The notes: generated by a model from the letters alone, not told the origin. DNA of 64,000 nt from Candidatus Latescibacterota bacterium (GCA_965219455.1 OZ244744.1:4096001-4160000); one strand, 5' to 3'. Numbered from the stretch's first letter, positions 10,401 to 18,642 are shown. Made by a program: numbers and translations.

Positions 10401-11157
10401 ACGAACTGAACGTCCCATCGGTAGTAGCCTTCAGGTTCTTCGCGCCCACCCGTTGGGACCAGACAGCGCCCGGCTCACGTGGACGCATTTGGAAGGCGCT
10501 GCCACCTATCGCATCCTGCGCGGCATTGGCGGAGAAACGCCGACCCTCCTTATAGACAACCTGACAGCCAATACCCACACGGACACGGGCCTCACTGAAA
10601 ACCGGGTCTATCGTTACGTTGTGGCGGCCATTTTGACCGACGGCGATGAAATTCGCTCCGAGACGTACACCCTTCGCCCCAACAAGGCTCCGGAACTCGA
10701 CCGCGTCGAAGTCCTTCGGGAGAACAGCCTCTCACTGACATTCAATGAACCGATGTCAGCCGGGACGGCCGATCCTCACGGTTATACGGTAGCCCCCGTC
10801 CTCGGACGGCCGACGTCTGCGATTCTGGACCGGACGAGCCGACGATGCCTGTTGTCGTTTTCGAAACCCTTTGAAGCCGGTCGCGCCTACAGCCTTACCC
10901 TCTCCACGGCGGCGGACACGTCAGGCGTCCCCCTTGCGCCCGGACACACCAGCATCACTTTTGCAACCGGCGAGAGCGCTTTCACCGCCGCAGGCCGGGC
11001 GGATTTTGACAATAACGGCCGGGTCGACTTTCCGGACTTTCTGCTCTTTGCCCTCGCTTTCGGTTCCACCGATTCCCGGTTCGATCTGGACGACGATGGC
11101 AAAGTCGCTTTCTCGGACTTCTGGCGATTTGCCCTCTTGTTCGGCAGTGCGGCATAG
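7408..11157 (+). CDS. Secreted S8 subtilisin-family serine protease with FG-GAP/VCBS repeats, Fn3 and Ig-like domains and a C-terminal dockerin/EF-hand-like duplication
   Basis: Signal peptide; catalytic triad motifs IAIIDSG / HGTRVAG / GTSFAAP; repeated DxDxDG motifs; C-terminus ADFDNNGRVDFPDF...FDLDDDGKVAFSDF. Confidence 0.9.
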   Translation: MNRTIGKHVTPVIFQLLVLVLAFRSATAQPAYSPGQILVKFKTVAAKTATGDLASLHARFGAGTPEPVFPRGAVLSKRARGFEQVYRLGLDPDVNPAEAAAAYSEHPDVVYAQPIHLFFHHDAPDDPRLPEQYGLEQIRWQALRDGLPPGKQNVVIAIIDSGVDYTHEDLAGNIWSNQVEATGRPGVDDDNNGYVDDIRGWDFTHTPTLPAKGDYLAPDNDPMDESSHGTRVAGIAAAVTNNGVGIAGVAPDARMMALRAGVTLQSDLTFLEEDDLAAAILYAVENGAHIINMSWGGPESAFLIHDAVRYAAASGLVLVSSAGNSGEFGLSYPAAMDETIAVGATAPQDRIAGFSSRGVPLDLVAPGAGTLTTMPRDAYRHASGTSFAAPHISGLAALILSRRPELAVEQVRSLLAASVIDLGPKGWDSSAGAGRIDAAILLENLTRWANPPVVRIDHPQTDGSARQSFDIVARADGPDVATYELSWGLGEDPQTWIRLSGGTSNPVIRRTWTPGTPTDTTAILRLTARLTGGTILEDRVRIGIRRASPVISKASFAPILIGNRQTYQAVWHTRHPTRGALIYRSSAATREDSLFSDIVYTRHSVTLPPDIAPGPLVYRIMARDAAGQAAFSEPMTFTVNPLRISARGFVQVDTLPDGFLANAPADFDMDGRLEIVLMPYVSGRPYNMNRIMERDDNGSFTTVFQTTESFLPWSVGDANNDGRTDLLGINFPRTNIARLRLFVGTPFPSETLLDLAQAEGGEIADIDGDGRNEIVARSALTPGIRILKSTREGAFVETAMLPNPTEGFNWPGPRFVIADLNDNGRKEILSGDDDGDLWIYEARQGGGFEEIWKIAGSDSTNTQWIGGGADIDNDGDVEFVVARAEEDRNDALNGRWTLEIYSRDGRSSYALEWSIRVSGVISTGNGIATGDVDGNGIPDLAVCLRPDLYLIRATGPNSYEPFWHETVSVTHRPLIADLDKDGYVELLYNRDGAVRLMERTERPIGSSLQVLRAHPLGPDSARLTWTHLEGAATYRILRGIGGETPTLLIDNLTANTHTDTGLTENRVYRYVVAAILTDGDEIRSETYTLRPNKAPELDRVEVLRENSLSLTFNEPMSAGTADPHGYTVAPVLGRPTSAILDRTSRRCLLSFSKPFEAGRAYSLTLSTAADTSGVPLAPGHTSITFATGESAFTAAGRADFDNNGRVDFPDFLLFALAFGSTDSRFDLDDDGKVAFSDFWRFALLFGSAA

Positions 11158-11233
11158 GATGAAGGCGTAGCATTGAACGCCCTTGCCTTTCGCTGCCTCG
11201 CACCATTATCGGCTGTGTCGTCATTGAAATAAA

Positions 11234-11262
11234 GAAACGCCGTTCAATTCGAACGGCGTTTC
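11234..11262. terminator. Probable bidirectional intrinsic terminator
   Basis: Perfect 12-bp stem GAAACGCCGTTC-AATTC-GAACGGCGTTTC between two convergent genes. Confidence 0.7.
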
Positions 11263-11272
11263 CTGGATAATA

Positions 11273-12583
11273 TCAGTTCTTAACGCGTCGTCGCTCTATT
11301 CTTTGGAATGCCCAGACAAGGGCGAATCCGCCGAATAGCACACACTTTACCCATACCGCCTCCTCCCATATCCCTTCGCTCGCATATTTTATCAGGATCT
11401 GATACGAGATTGCGATAAGGCCGGTAAAGACGAGCCACGCCGGTTGTCTGTAAAATACCATGAAGGGTATAATCCAGATGGCATACCAGGGGTGCAATGT
11501 CGGTGTAAGCAACAGGAAGGCGCCAACGAGGAAAAACCCAGCCTGGATCGGCGGCATCCGGCTGAACGTGAACAGAATCACCGCCCCGGCAAATACAACA
11601 GCGATGACCGCGCGAGCCCAAAACGGACTTTCCAATAGATGGCTCAGGATGTAAAAAACAGGTGCGTTGAAGCTCCAGTGTTCGGCGTATACGAGCAACC
11701 CTGAAAACAGGTTTTCTCCCGCTTCGCGATATGGCAGGTATCCAACGGCCATTATCGCCGCGAAGATAACGACCGGCCAGACGGTTTGCGGCCTGAAGCC
11801 GGCCGGGAGCCGCCCTTCGGTTGTTCGGGCGGTTCTCCCGCAGATCCACCGCCAAAAGACCGGAACCAGGCAGATCGCAAAGAACTTGCCCAAACAGGAG
11901 AGGGCCAGCGCGGCGAACGCCCTCGCGTAACCCCCTACTTGAAGATACAGGAAAGCAAATACCATGAAGGCGACGCCCATCGCGTCTATATGGCCGTTGC
12001 CCGCCACCTCTACCAACAACAGGGGATGCCAGAGATAGATGAGCAGTTGTCCCGGATGCTGATCGTAAAGCCGGATCAAGCCCAGGAGAAACCACGCCGT
12101 TAGCAGATCGAAGAGGACCAGAGCCGTCTTTAGGGTCAAGATCGACGGATATACGAAATAACATATTCTGAAGAATATCTGAGCCAGCGGCGGATAAATG
12201 GTTGGTACATCGGGATGGTTTACCTGGGGGAAAACCGCATCGTCTCTCAGAAATGCGAGCTCCTCAGAAGCCGGTGGATACGCGTATGGGTTGATCCCCG
12301 CAGCCTGGACGCGCCCGTCCCAGAGGTACCGATACACGTCATCCGAAAGGCCGGGTGGGGAAAAGAGTAAAATGACCCGGAACAATACACCGAAAAGCAC
12401 GACAGTCTTGAGCGAGGCTGTCGTACATTGCCAGACAGCCGCCATGTAGAAAATCATCCACAGGCCGAACAGTACAAAAAAAAGCGGCACCTGGTACCGA
12501 AAATCGCCCAGTGCCAGCATGCCTATTGCACACAGTCCGATCAATATTCCGAATATCCAAAACCTGTTCTGCCTTTCCTCCAT
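11273..12583 (-). CDS. Integral-membrane GT-C glycosyltransferase (GT87-like)
   Basis: LSDDVYRYLWDG, GINPY, TIYPP, GNGHID and TLHPWY motifs; multiple TM helices. Confidence 0.85.
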   Translation of the reverse strand: MEERQNRFWIFGILIGLCAIGMLALGDFRYQVPLFFVLFGLWMIFYMAAVWQCTTASLKTVVLFGVLFRVILLFSPPGLSDDVYRYLWDGRVQAAGINPYAYPPASEELAFLRDDAVFPQVNHPDVPTIYPPLAQIFFRICYFVYPSILTLKTALVLFDLLTAWFLLGLIRLYDQHPGQLLIYLWHPLLLVEVAGNGHIDAMGVAFMVFAFLYLQVGGYARAFAALALSCLGKFFAICLVPVFWRWICGRTARTTEGRLPAGFRPQTVWPVVIFAAIMAVGYLPYREAGENLFSGLLVYAEHWSFNAPVFYILSHLLESPFWARAVIAVVFAGAVILFTFSRMPPIQAGFFLVGAFLLLTPTLHPWYAIWIIPFMVFYRQPAWLVFTGLIAISYQILIKYASEGIWEEAVWVKCVLFGGFALVWAFQRIERRRVKN

Positions 12584-12796
12584 ACCTGCACCCCCCTTTT
12601 ACGGGCGTGCTCCTTGTGTTCTGTCCCGGAAATATATGTCACCATTCTCCCGCCGTTCCATCCTCTCTCGCTGCGTTGTTAAAAGGCGGTGAGACGGAAG
12701 AGGTAAGCCGTGTTAGTTACTTTCCCGTATCACTCGTCCGTAAAAGGACACTCGTTGTGCGAAACGAGAAGCGAATTGCGCAGCGGAGCGCTAGAC

Positions 12797-12990
12797 CTAC
12801 CCCCTAACCCCCTTCCTGAAGGAAGGGGGAACTGTCGTCGGTTGAATGCAGATTGATCGATGAATAAATCCAGGCGTCATATTGTGATCGCGCGACACCC
12901 GGTTCTGCTCCCCCTCTCCCCCCGGGAGAGGGGGTTGGGGGGTGAGGTCCTCCCCCTTTCCTTTAGGAGAGGGGGCCGGGGGGAGAGGTC
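12797..12990. repeat. Cluster of three GC-rich REP-like palindromes (CCCCTCTCC...GGAGAGGGG type)
   Basis: Three units at about 12797-12832, 12908-12949 and 12950-12990, each with a CCCCT(C/T)-rich left arm and (G/A)AGGGG right arm. The last two end in GAGGTC. Confidence 0.7.
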
Positions 12991-13052
12991 ACGGCGCTGA
13001 TATCAACTGATTGGGTTTTTGATTCAAGCTGACGGCTGAGGGCTGATAGCTG
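12989..13052 (-). repeat. 64-bp dispersed repeat, copy 1 (contains heptamer NNTCAGC tandem units)
   Basis: Reverse complement aligns ungapped to 58556-58619 with 9 mismatches in 64 by hand alignment. Confidence 0.8.
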
Positions 13053-13106
13053 TTTTTGCTGCTTCTGGTCGGCCGAATTTCGGCAATCTATTTTTGGGGC
13101 AGAACA

Positions 13107-13610
13107 CTAACGCCGGACAGAAACAATCCTTGCCCGGCGCCGCGTTACCTCATCCGGGACGAGATCGCGGATCGTATTTCGACTATCCCGGTCCATTGTC
13201 CAGTAATCCTCGATCAGATAACGCCTGCCGTTCTCGTCCGTTACCGTGATCGACGGCGGTTCCGAACCATCCAGCGCCTCACGGTCCTGCGTTCGGAACA
13301 CCAATTCTCCATCTACCGAAACAACGGTCCATACACCGCCCGTTCCACGAGGTGTCATCGAGAGAATTTCCCGAATCCGGGGAATAAAGTACGCGTCCTT
13401 CAACGCGTCATCCAGTACTTCCTGGGAGCTCCTGTCCAGTGTGCCGGGATCGTCAATCAGGCAAATCTCATGGCCGTCTTCTCCCAATAGCCCCACGAAG
13501 TGGTCAGGGTTGCTTCTGGGGAACGCCTTGGCGACGCGGGCCACCGTGTGTACATTTTCTCCAATCTCGGCCCTTATTCCGTTTTTGCACCGCACCAACC
13601 GAATTTTCAT
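13107..13610 (-). CDS. DUF1854-like domain protein
   Basis: AFPRSNPDHFVGL, EICLI, YFIPRI.EI and ITVTDENGRRYLI resemble DUF1854. ATG 13610 chosen; upstream in-frame starts exist up to 13724. Confidence 0.7.
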   Translation of the reverse strand: MKIRLVRCKNGIRAEIGENVHTVARVAKAFPRSNPDHFVGLLGEDGHEICLIDDPGTLDRSSQEVLDDALKDAYFIPRIREILSMTPRGTGGVWTVVSVDGELVFRTQDREALDGSEPPSITVTDENGRRYLIEDYWTMDRDSRNTIRDLVPDEVTRRRARIVSVRR

Positions 13611-13727
13611 CGAGGTTCTTCCCACGGGTCCCGTCGGAAGTGGTAATGGTTCCCCCAGATCCCCGTATCGTTTACTTTCCCTTACCAGCCTTTTCTCACC
13701 CCGTGTACAGCAACCCGCACCCACCGC

Positions 13728-14624
13728 TTAACGTGCGGTGCGGCGGTTCGGGTCCCGCCGGAGCACAATCTCTCCGCACTTAAAAGCGCGTACCGTTCCG
13801 GTAGATTCCGAAACCGCCACCGCGATGGCGTTGGTGTTTTTGGTTATCGCCGCTGCCGCAACGTGCCGTGCACCCAACCCCTTGGGTAGGGTTAGACCTC
13901 TCACGTAGGAAGTGATATAACGACAACCTGAGCGTATAACGCCGTCCTCCTGGACGATGAAGGCGCCGTCCATCAAGGCAACCTCCTTCACGCCTTCCCG
14001 GTTGTCGGGGTCGCAGATATTCCGCTCCCGTTTTGAATACCCGCGGAACGGATCATACGTCATTACGCGGGAATTAGCCAGGACGCGGTCCGAATCACCA
14101 AGGACGAAGAGGGTGCCAACCTGTTCTCCTTCGCGGCCCTCCCGTCCGATGTCGAGGGCGATATCCAGCACCGATTTGACAACTTCAATGGGCAGATCGC
14201 CGGCCAGCATCGCCAGACTTTCCGGATCGAAATCCTCGAACTCCCAGCGGGTGTCCACAGTCATCAGCGTATCCACGCCGCCGTGTCCCATGACATTAGT
14301 AAGGCAGATCAGCCGGCTGCCCTTTTTAATGTGGCCGCCCTCCATGCCCAGCGCAATGCCCTGTCGTACCCGTTCGAAATAGGATACGTCGTCAAGGTCA
14401 AAATCGAACCTCAACCTGCGGATGCCCACGCCGTCGATGCCTTGAAGAAACCGATTGTGTCGGGTGACCAGCAGCACCGGACAGACCTCATTCAGGGTTT
14501 GCACTGCGGTCCGGTTCACGCCGGAATCCGCCAAGAGCAACACGAGATCGGCTCCAATCTCGCCGGAGAGTCTCGCGGCGGTTTTCAACAACGCGTGGGC
14601 TCGAGCCCGTTCTTCTCTTGCCAT
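13728..14624 (-). CDS. Diadenylate cyclase (DacZ-like; DisA_N/DAC domain)
   Basis: REGREGEQVGTLFVLGD; catalytic DGA and GARHVAA motifs; AVSESTGTV. Soluble N-terminal extra domain. Confidence 0.88.
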   Translation of the reverse strand: MAREERARAHALLKTAARLSGEIGADLVLLLADSGVNRTAVQTLNEVCPVLLVTRHNRFLQGIDGVGIRRLRFDFDLDDVSYFERVRQGIALGMEGGHIKKGSRLICLTNVMGHGGVDTLMTVDTRWEFEDFDPESLAMLAGDLPIEVVKSVLDIALDIGREGREGEQVGTLFVLGDSDRVLANSRVMTYDPFRGYSKRERNICDPDNREGVKEVALMDGAFIVQEDGVIRSGCRYITSYVRGLTLPKGLGARHVAAAAITKNTNAIAVAVSESTGTVRAFKCGEIVLRRDPNRRTAR

Positions 14625-14742
14625 CGGATGTCCATCTCCCGTCGAGGATAAAAAGAGGGGGAGAGGTATTGGAAAGATCGCCGAACTGATCGGAAACAGC
14701 CCTATTTCTGACCAGTGTTTGCAGGGCAGCCGGGTGTGGGTA

Positions 14743-15402
14743 CTATCGTCGGGACCTAAATCTGCGTTTTCTTCCGTACGTCACTGGTCCCTCGCTTTGT
14801 TCCTTCGTCACGCCGCCATCCGACCTCGCTCCCGGTGTCTCTTCGATGGAGAGGAATTCAGGCGGAATCTCACGTGCCAGGATCGTGGGTCCACAGTCGA
14901 AAAACTGGATACCGTCCGCGGCCGCCCGGCCCGCCTCCACCCGTATCACAGCCCCGGGCTCCTGCCTGTGTCCTGCCAACCTTCGCGCGACGGCCGCTTC
15001 GAACGAGAGGTGTACATACTGCCTGTCTACGGGCTTCAAGCCCGATCTCAGAATTTCTTGCACTTCCGATACACTTGAACCCTTGTAGAGGTGTTCAGGA
15101 GGTTCCATGTGATCGGCTCCAAGTTCCATGGAAAAGCTATGCCCGTAGCGCGCTCGAATTCGCCCTTCGACAATCTCAAACCGTTTCTTCTCGGCTTTGT
15201 AAACCAGTGCTTCCACATCTCCGGATTCGATATCTGCATCCTGTTTCTTCAATGCAGATAACACCGCGTCGAAATCCGCATAGCCGTATCTGTCGACCTC
15301 AACGCCAAACTCTTCCGGCCGATGCCGAAGCATTAGGGTCAGCAGCTTGGATACCCTTACGGGAGATCGGTTACCTTCCATATCTATTCCTCGGAAAGAC
15401 AT
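14743..15402 (-). CDS. kptA: RNA 2'-phosphotransferase (Tpt1/KptA family)
   Basis: SKLL..MLRH, KKRFE, IRARYGHS and RQYVHLS motifs. Confidence 0.88.
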   Translation of the reverse strand: MSFRGIDMEGNRSPVRVSKLLTLMLRHRPEEFGVEVDRYGYADFDAVLSALKKQDADIESGDVEALVYKAEKKRFEIVEGRIRARYGHSFSMELGADHMEPPEHLYKGSSVSEVQEILRSGLKPVDRQYVHLSFEAAVARRLAGHRQEPGAVIRVEAGRAAADGIQFFDCGPTILAREIPPEFLSIEETPGARSDGGVTKEQSEGPVTYGRKRRFRSRR

Positions 15403-15491
15403 TTCGATTGATTCGACCCGTTATCGTTGCCGGTCGCCGCCGGGAAGGCCGGCCGCTTGCCTGCCCGATACGGCTTACTGCGTGCGTTGCG

Positions 15492-16874
15492 TTAGAATGG
15501 ATCGCCCGGTGTGTAACTTGCAAATCGTAAAGTCTCGGGCAAAAACGTTAGAAACACGCTGCCCGTCGGGCCGTTGCGATGCTTGCCGATGATGATCTCA
15601 GCCTTCCCCGGCGCAATTGGCTGGTCCTCGTCGTCTACTATGCCGTACACCCCCGGCCGATAGAGAAACGCGACCACGTCCGCGTCCTGCTCGATGCTGC
15701 CGCTTTCGCGCAAATCGGAAAGCTGCGGCCGTTTGTCCGTCCTGGACTCAACGGCGCGCGACAACTGCGCACAGGCGACCACGGGCAGATCCAGCTCTTT
15801 GGCCAAAGCTTTGAGCGAGCGAGAAATGTGTGCGATTTCCTGTTCCCGGTTGTCTGTTCGCTGCGAGGTGGTCATCAGTTGGAGATAATCAACCACGATA
15901 AGGCCGATGTCGTGCTCCAACTTTACGCGCCGGGCCTTGGCCCGCAATTCCAGAATGGAGATGTCAGGTGTGTCGTCAATGAAAATAGGCAAGTCTGATA
16001 GCTTTTCAGCCTGTGCGGCCAGCCTTTGCCACTCATCGCCTGATAGTTTCCTATTACGCAATTCGTGTGAAGGCACGCTGGCTTCGGCGCAAAGCATCCG
16101 TAATGCCAACTGCTGCATACTCATTTCAAGGGAGAAATAGAGCACCGGCGTTTTTTTCTCCTCGTCGACAGCGGCATTGCGAGCCATGCAGAGCGTCAAC
16201 GCAGTCTTGCCCATCGACGGACGTGAGGCAATGATAATCAAGTCCGATGGCTGCAGCCCGGCGGTTATTTTGTTGAGATCGGGATACCCCGTGGTAACGC
16301 CCAACAAGGCGCCGGCCTCCCTTTGGGCTTTTTCGATCAGATCAAGTGTCTCGTGCAGTTTGGACTTGAGCGACACCACGCCCTGTCCGAGTTCGCCCTC
16401 GGCGATCCGGAATACCCGTTGCTCCGCACGGTCTATCACTTCCTTAACATCTTCCGCGTCGTCAAAGCACTCAGTCATCGTCTGTGTGGAAGCGTCGATC
16501 AACCTGCGGCGCTGGGCGCGCTCGAGCACGATTCTGGCATGGTATTCCGCGTTCGCGCTGGTCGCCATTTCGCCGCCCAGCCCGGCAACATAGGCATATC
16601 CGCCCACGTCTTCAAATTGCCCGCGGCGCTTCAACTCCTCTACGACCGTCACCTCGTCCACCGGCAGCCCGCGTTCGGATAACGCCAGGACGGCCGCATA
16701 GACCCTGCGGTTTGCAGTATGGTAGAAAGCCGTCTCGTCGCCCAGGACCTCAATTACCCGACTGACGGCCGTGTTGTCAATGAACATGGCGCCCAGAACT
16801 GCCCGTTCGACCTCCAGCGCCTGGGGCTGCGGACGATCTGCGGATGTCGGTGCCGTCGTTGGTTGGGAAGCCAT
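15492..16874 (-). CDS. dnaB: Replicative DNA helicase DnaB
   Basis: PQALEVERAVLG, ASRPSMGKT Walker A, FSLEM, VDYLQLM, QLSRAVE, DLRESGSIEQDAD and KHRNGPTG. No intein. Confidence 0.97.
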   Translation of the reverse strand: MASQPTTAPTSADRPQPQALEVERAVLGAMFIDNTAVSRVIEVLGDETAFYHTANRRVYAAVLALSERGLPVDEVTVVEELKRRGQFEDVGGYAYVAGLGGEMATSANAEYHARIVLERAQRRRLIDASTQTMTECFDDAEDVKEVIDRAEQRVFRIAEGELGQGVVSLKSKLHETLDLIEKAQREAGALLGVTTGYPDLNKITAGLQPSDLIIIASRPSMGKTALTLCMARNAAVDEEKKTPVLYFSLEMSMQQLALRMLCAEASVPSHELRNRKLSGDEWQRLAAQAEKLSDLPIFIDDTPDISILELRAKARRVKLEHDIGLIVVDYLQLMTTSQRTDNREQEIAHISRSLKALAKELDLPVVACAQLSRAVESRTDKRPQLSDLRESGSIEQDADVVAFLYRPGVYGIVDDEDQPIAPGKAEIIIGKHRNGPTGSVFLTFLPETLRFASYTPGDPF

Positions 16875-16916
16875 AGGGTTACACAATCAAATTGGACCCG
16901 GCGTTCTGTCCCGGGG

Positions 16917-18628
16917 ATTAGAGTCTTACAGTGTGACTTCTACGCAAAATGCGTAGATAATTATTCATGCTGCTTGTTTAGTGGTAGGGTGTTGATGGTA
17001 AAGGGTCAAAGACAAGGCGAGTGTTTTGTGCCCCGCGGGTGTGACGCGCCATCGTCTGGACCGTGGGATTTTTGCAATCAGGCCGCGGACGTGTAGACGT
17101 TTGAGGAGGCGGCTGGTGGCATTGGCGTGCCGAGTGCGTTGCAGAAGGGATGCGGGTTGTTGGAAGAGGTGTGTTCGGATGTCCTGGTTGCGGAAGCCCA
17201 TAAGGGCGTGTTCGCCTTTCAACACAGCGGTAAACAGGTCGAGGTCGTAAAGGTCGGCGGGGTTAAAGCCCCGATAGGTACGTCCCTTGTGCCTGCGTGG
17301 CCGCGCCAGTGTGGTGAGGCTTTGATGTCCGGTAGCGGCGTCAGGGGCTGCGGACAGCGCCTGAAAGTAGCGTTGGTTGGCCGTCAACGAGATTTCCCGA
17401 TAGCGGTAGAGGTTGGCCACGCCTTTGGCCATGGGATACCAGCCCATCACGCGTTGTCCTCGCCGTATGCCCCAGCGGCGAACCTTGAACTGCCTTGGAT
17501 GGTTGATCACTGTTTCGACGCGTAGTACGCACCCGTGTTTGTCGTACATTTTAATCCAGTTCTCACACATCCGGTGTTTGACTCTTGCGCCTTTGTGGCG
17601 TTTGTTTTTGAAGTCCGTGAGGACTTCACCCTGAAAGTTGCCGTGGAGTTTGCGGCCCAGGAAGGTCAAGATGTCCTGGGGAGAGAAGCACAGCACCGTG
17701 TGTCTGAGCAGGTTTTCATACAGCGCCTTCAGGGCGTGGGGGTTTTGGAACATCACGTCGGTGGCGAACTCGGCCTGGTCAACGACCCAGTAGTAGTCCA
17801 TGCCCAAAAGCAGGTCGTTGAGCAGGGGGTTGACCTTGCGGGCGAACGCAGAGAGAATGCGCGGCCAATTCTTGCCCACAAAACGATCGGCAAAGCGTTG
17901 CGCCCGGTCCACATCGGCAATCCAGACAAACGCGTTGTCCAATTTTTCATAGGCGATGCCGTGTTTGTCGAGCTTGCGCGCCAAGAACTCGTGGCCATTG
18001 AGACAGATCTGTACCACCAGCGGGAACCAGGACTGGATGCGGATATGCATCAGTCCAAACTCCCGGTCAATCCAGTAGAAGTAGTAGCACAGGCATTTCC
18101 GTTGTGCGTTGATCAGGCGAGGCCTTCCTTCCCCTGGCACCAGCTTGAAACTCTGGCAGCCTTCCAGGGCCCGAAACACACAGACCAGGCCTTGCGTGAT
18201 CCCATCGCGTTTTGCCAACCGTCGCGCTTCGTCCTCTTTCCTGATGGTGTTGCGTTGCAGATAGATGAACGGGCGCTCGTGCTTGTTTGCCATCGCCTCC
18301 GCGTGGGCTTTGATCGTATCGGAATGCGTCATCACAAAACGCTTGAAGTCCTTCAACAACAAACCCTGATTGCTGATGAACCGCTCCATCGCAGTTCCAA
18401 ATCCCAGCGGCAGGTACCCTTTGAACAGAACCCGATCAAAACAGGATACCACTCCGGTGATTTTTTCACTACATTGGTCCACGAAGTCTTTCACGGCGTT
18501 CCTCCTTCCATTGATGGCGGTGGGTACCACCATCATAGGGGATGAACGCCGTTTTGCATACCCAAAAACAATCTGCTCTTGACTACCACCTATTTGGTTG
18601 CGGCTGAGCAAAGCGAAGCCGCGCTAGG
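16917..18628 (-). mobile_element. Candidate single-gene insertion element with hairpin ends (putative rolling-circle/tyrosine transposon); boundaries approximate
   Basis: Lies between udg and dnaB in a co-oriented housekeeping run. Perfect hairpin TCTACGCA-AAA-TGCGTAGA (16939-16957) at one end and TTGGTT-GCGGCT...AGCCGC-GCTAGG (18594-18628) at the other. No TIRs found. Confidence 0.65.
16965..18494 (-). CDS. Putative transposase/Rep-like protein with C-terminal winged HTH (509 aa)
   Basis: GTG start at 18494 preceded by strong RBS GGAAGGAGG. N-terminal GVVSCFDRVLFKG, central IKMYDKHGCVLRVET, basic C-terminal LKRLHVRGLIAKIPRSRRWRVT. Confidence 0.75.
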   Translation of the reverse strand: MKDFVDQCSEKITGVVSCFDRVLFKGYLPLGFGTAMERFISNQGLLLKDFKRFVMTHSDTIKAHAEAMANKHERPFIYLQRNTIRKEDEARRLAKRDGITQGLVCVFRALEGCQSFKLVPGEGRPRLINAQRKCLCYYFYWIDREFGLMHIRIQSWFPLVVQICLNGHEFLARKLDKHGIAYEKLDNAFVWIADVDRAQRFADRFVGKNWPRILSAFARKVNPLLNDLLLGMDYYWVVDQAEFATDVMFQNPHALKALYENLLRHTVLCFSPQDILTFLGRKLHGNFQGEVLTDFKNKRHKGARVKHRMCENWIKMYDKHGCVLRVETVINHPRQFKVRRWGIRRGQRVMGWYPMAKGVANLYRYREISLTANQRYFQALSAAPDAATGHQSLTTLARPRRHKGRTYRGFNPADLYDLDLFTAVLKGEHALMGFRNQDIRTHLFQQPASLLQRTRHANATSRLLKRLHVRGLIAKIPRSRRWRVTPAGHKTLALSLTLYHQHPTTKQAA

Positions 18629-18642
18629 ACAAACGGGCGTCC

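Noticed and set aside
12797-12990. Possible CRISPR array
   Set aside because: Units are degenerate palindromes with irregular spacing, no unique spacers and no cas genes. The same applies to the GTAG REPs at 62721-62844.
15492-16874. Intein in DnaB
   Set aside because: Normal length (~460 aa) with contiguous motifs.
16965-18494. MarR-type regulator or group II intron RT interpretation
   Set aside because: The wHTH is only the C-terminal fifth of the protein, and there is no YADD or other RT motif.
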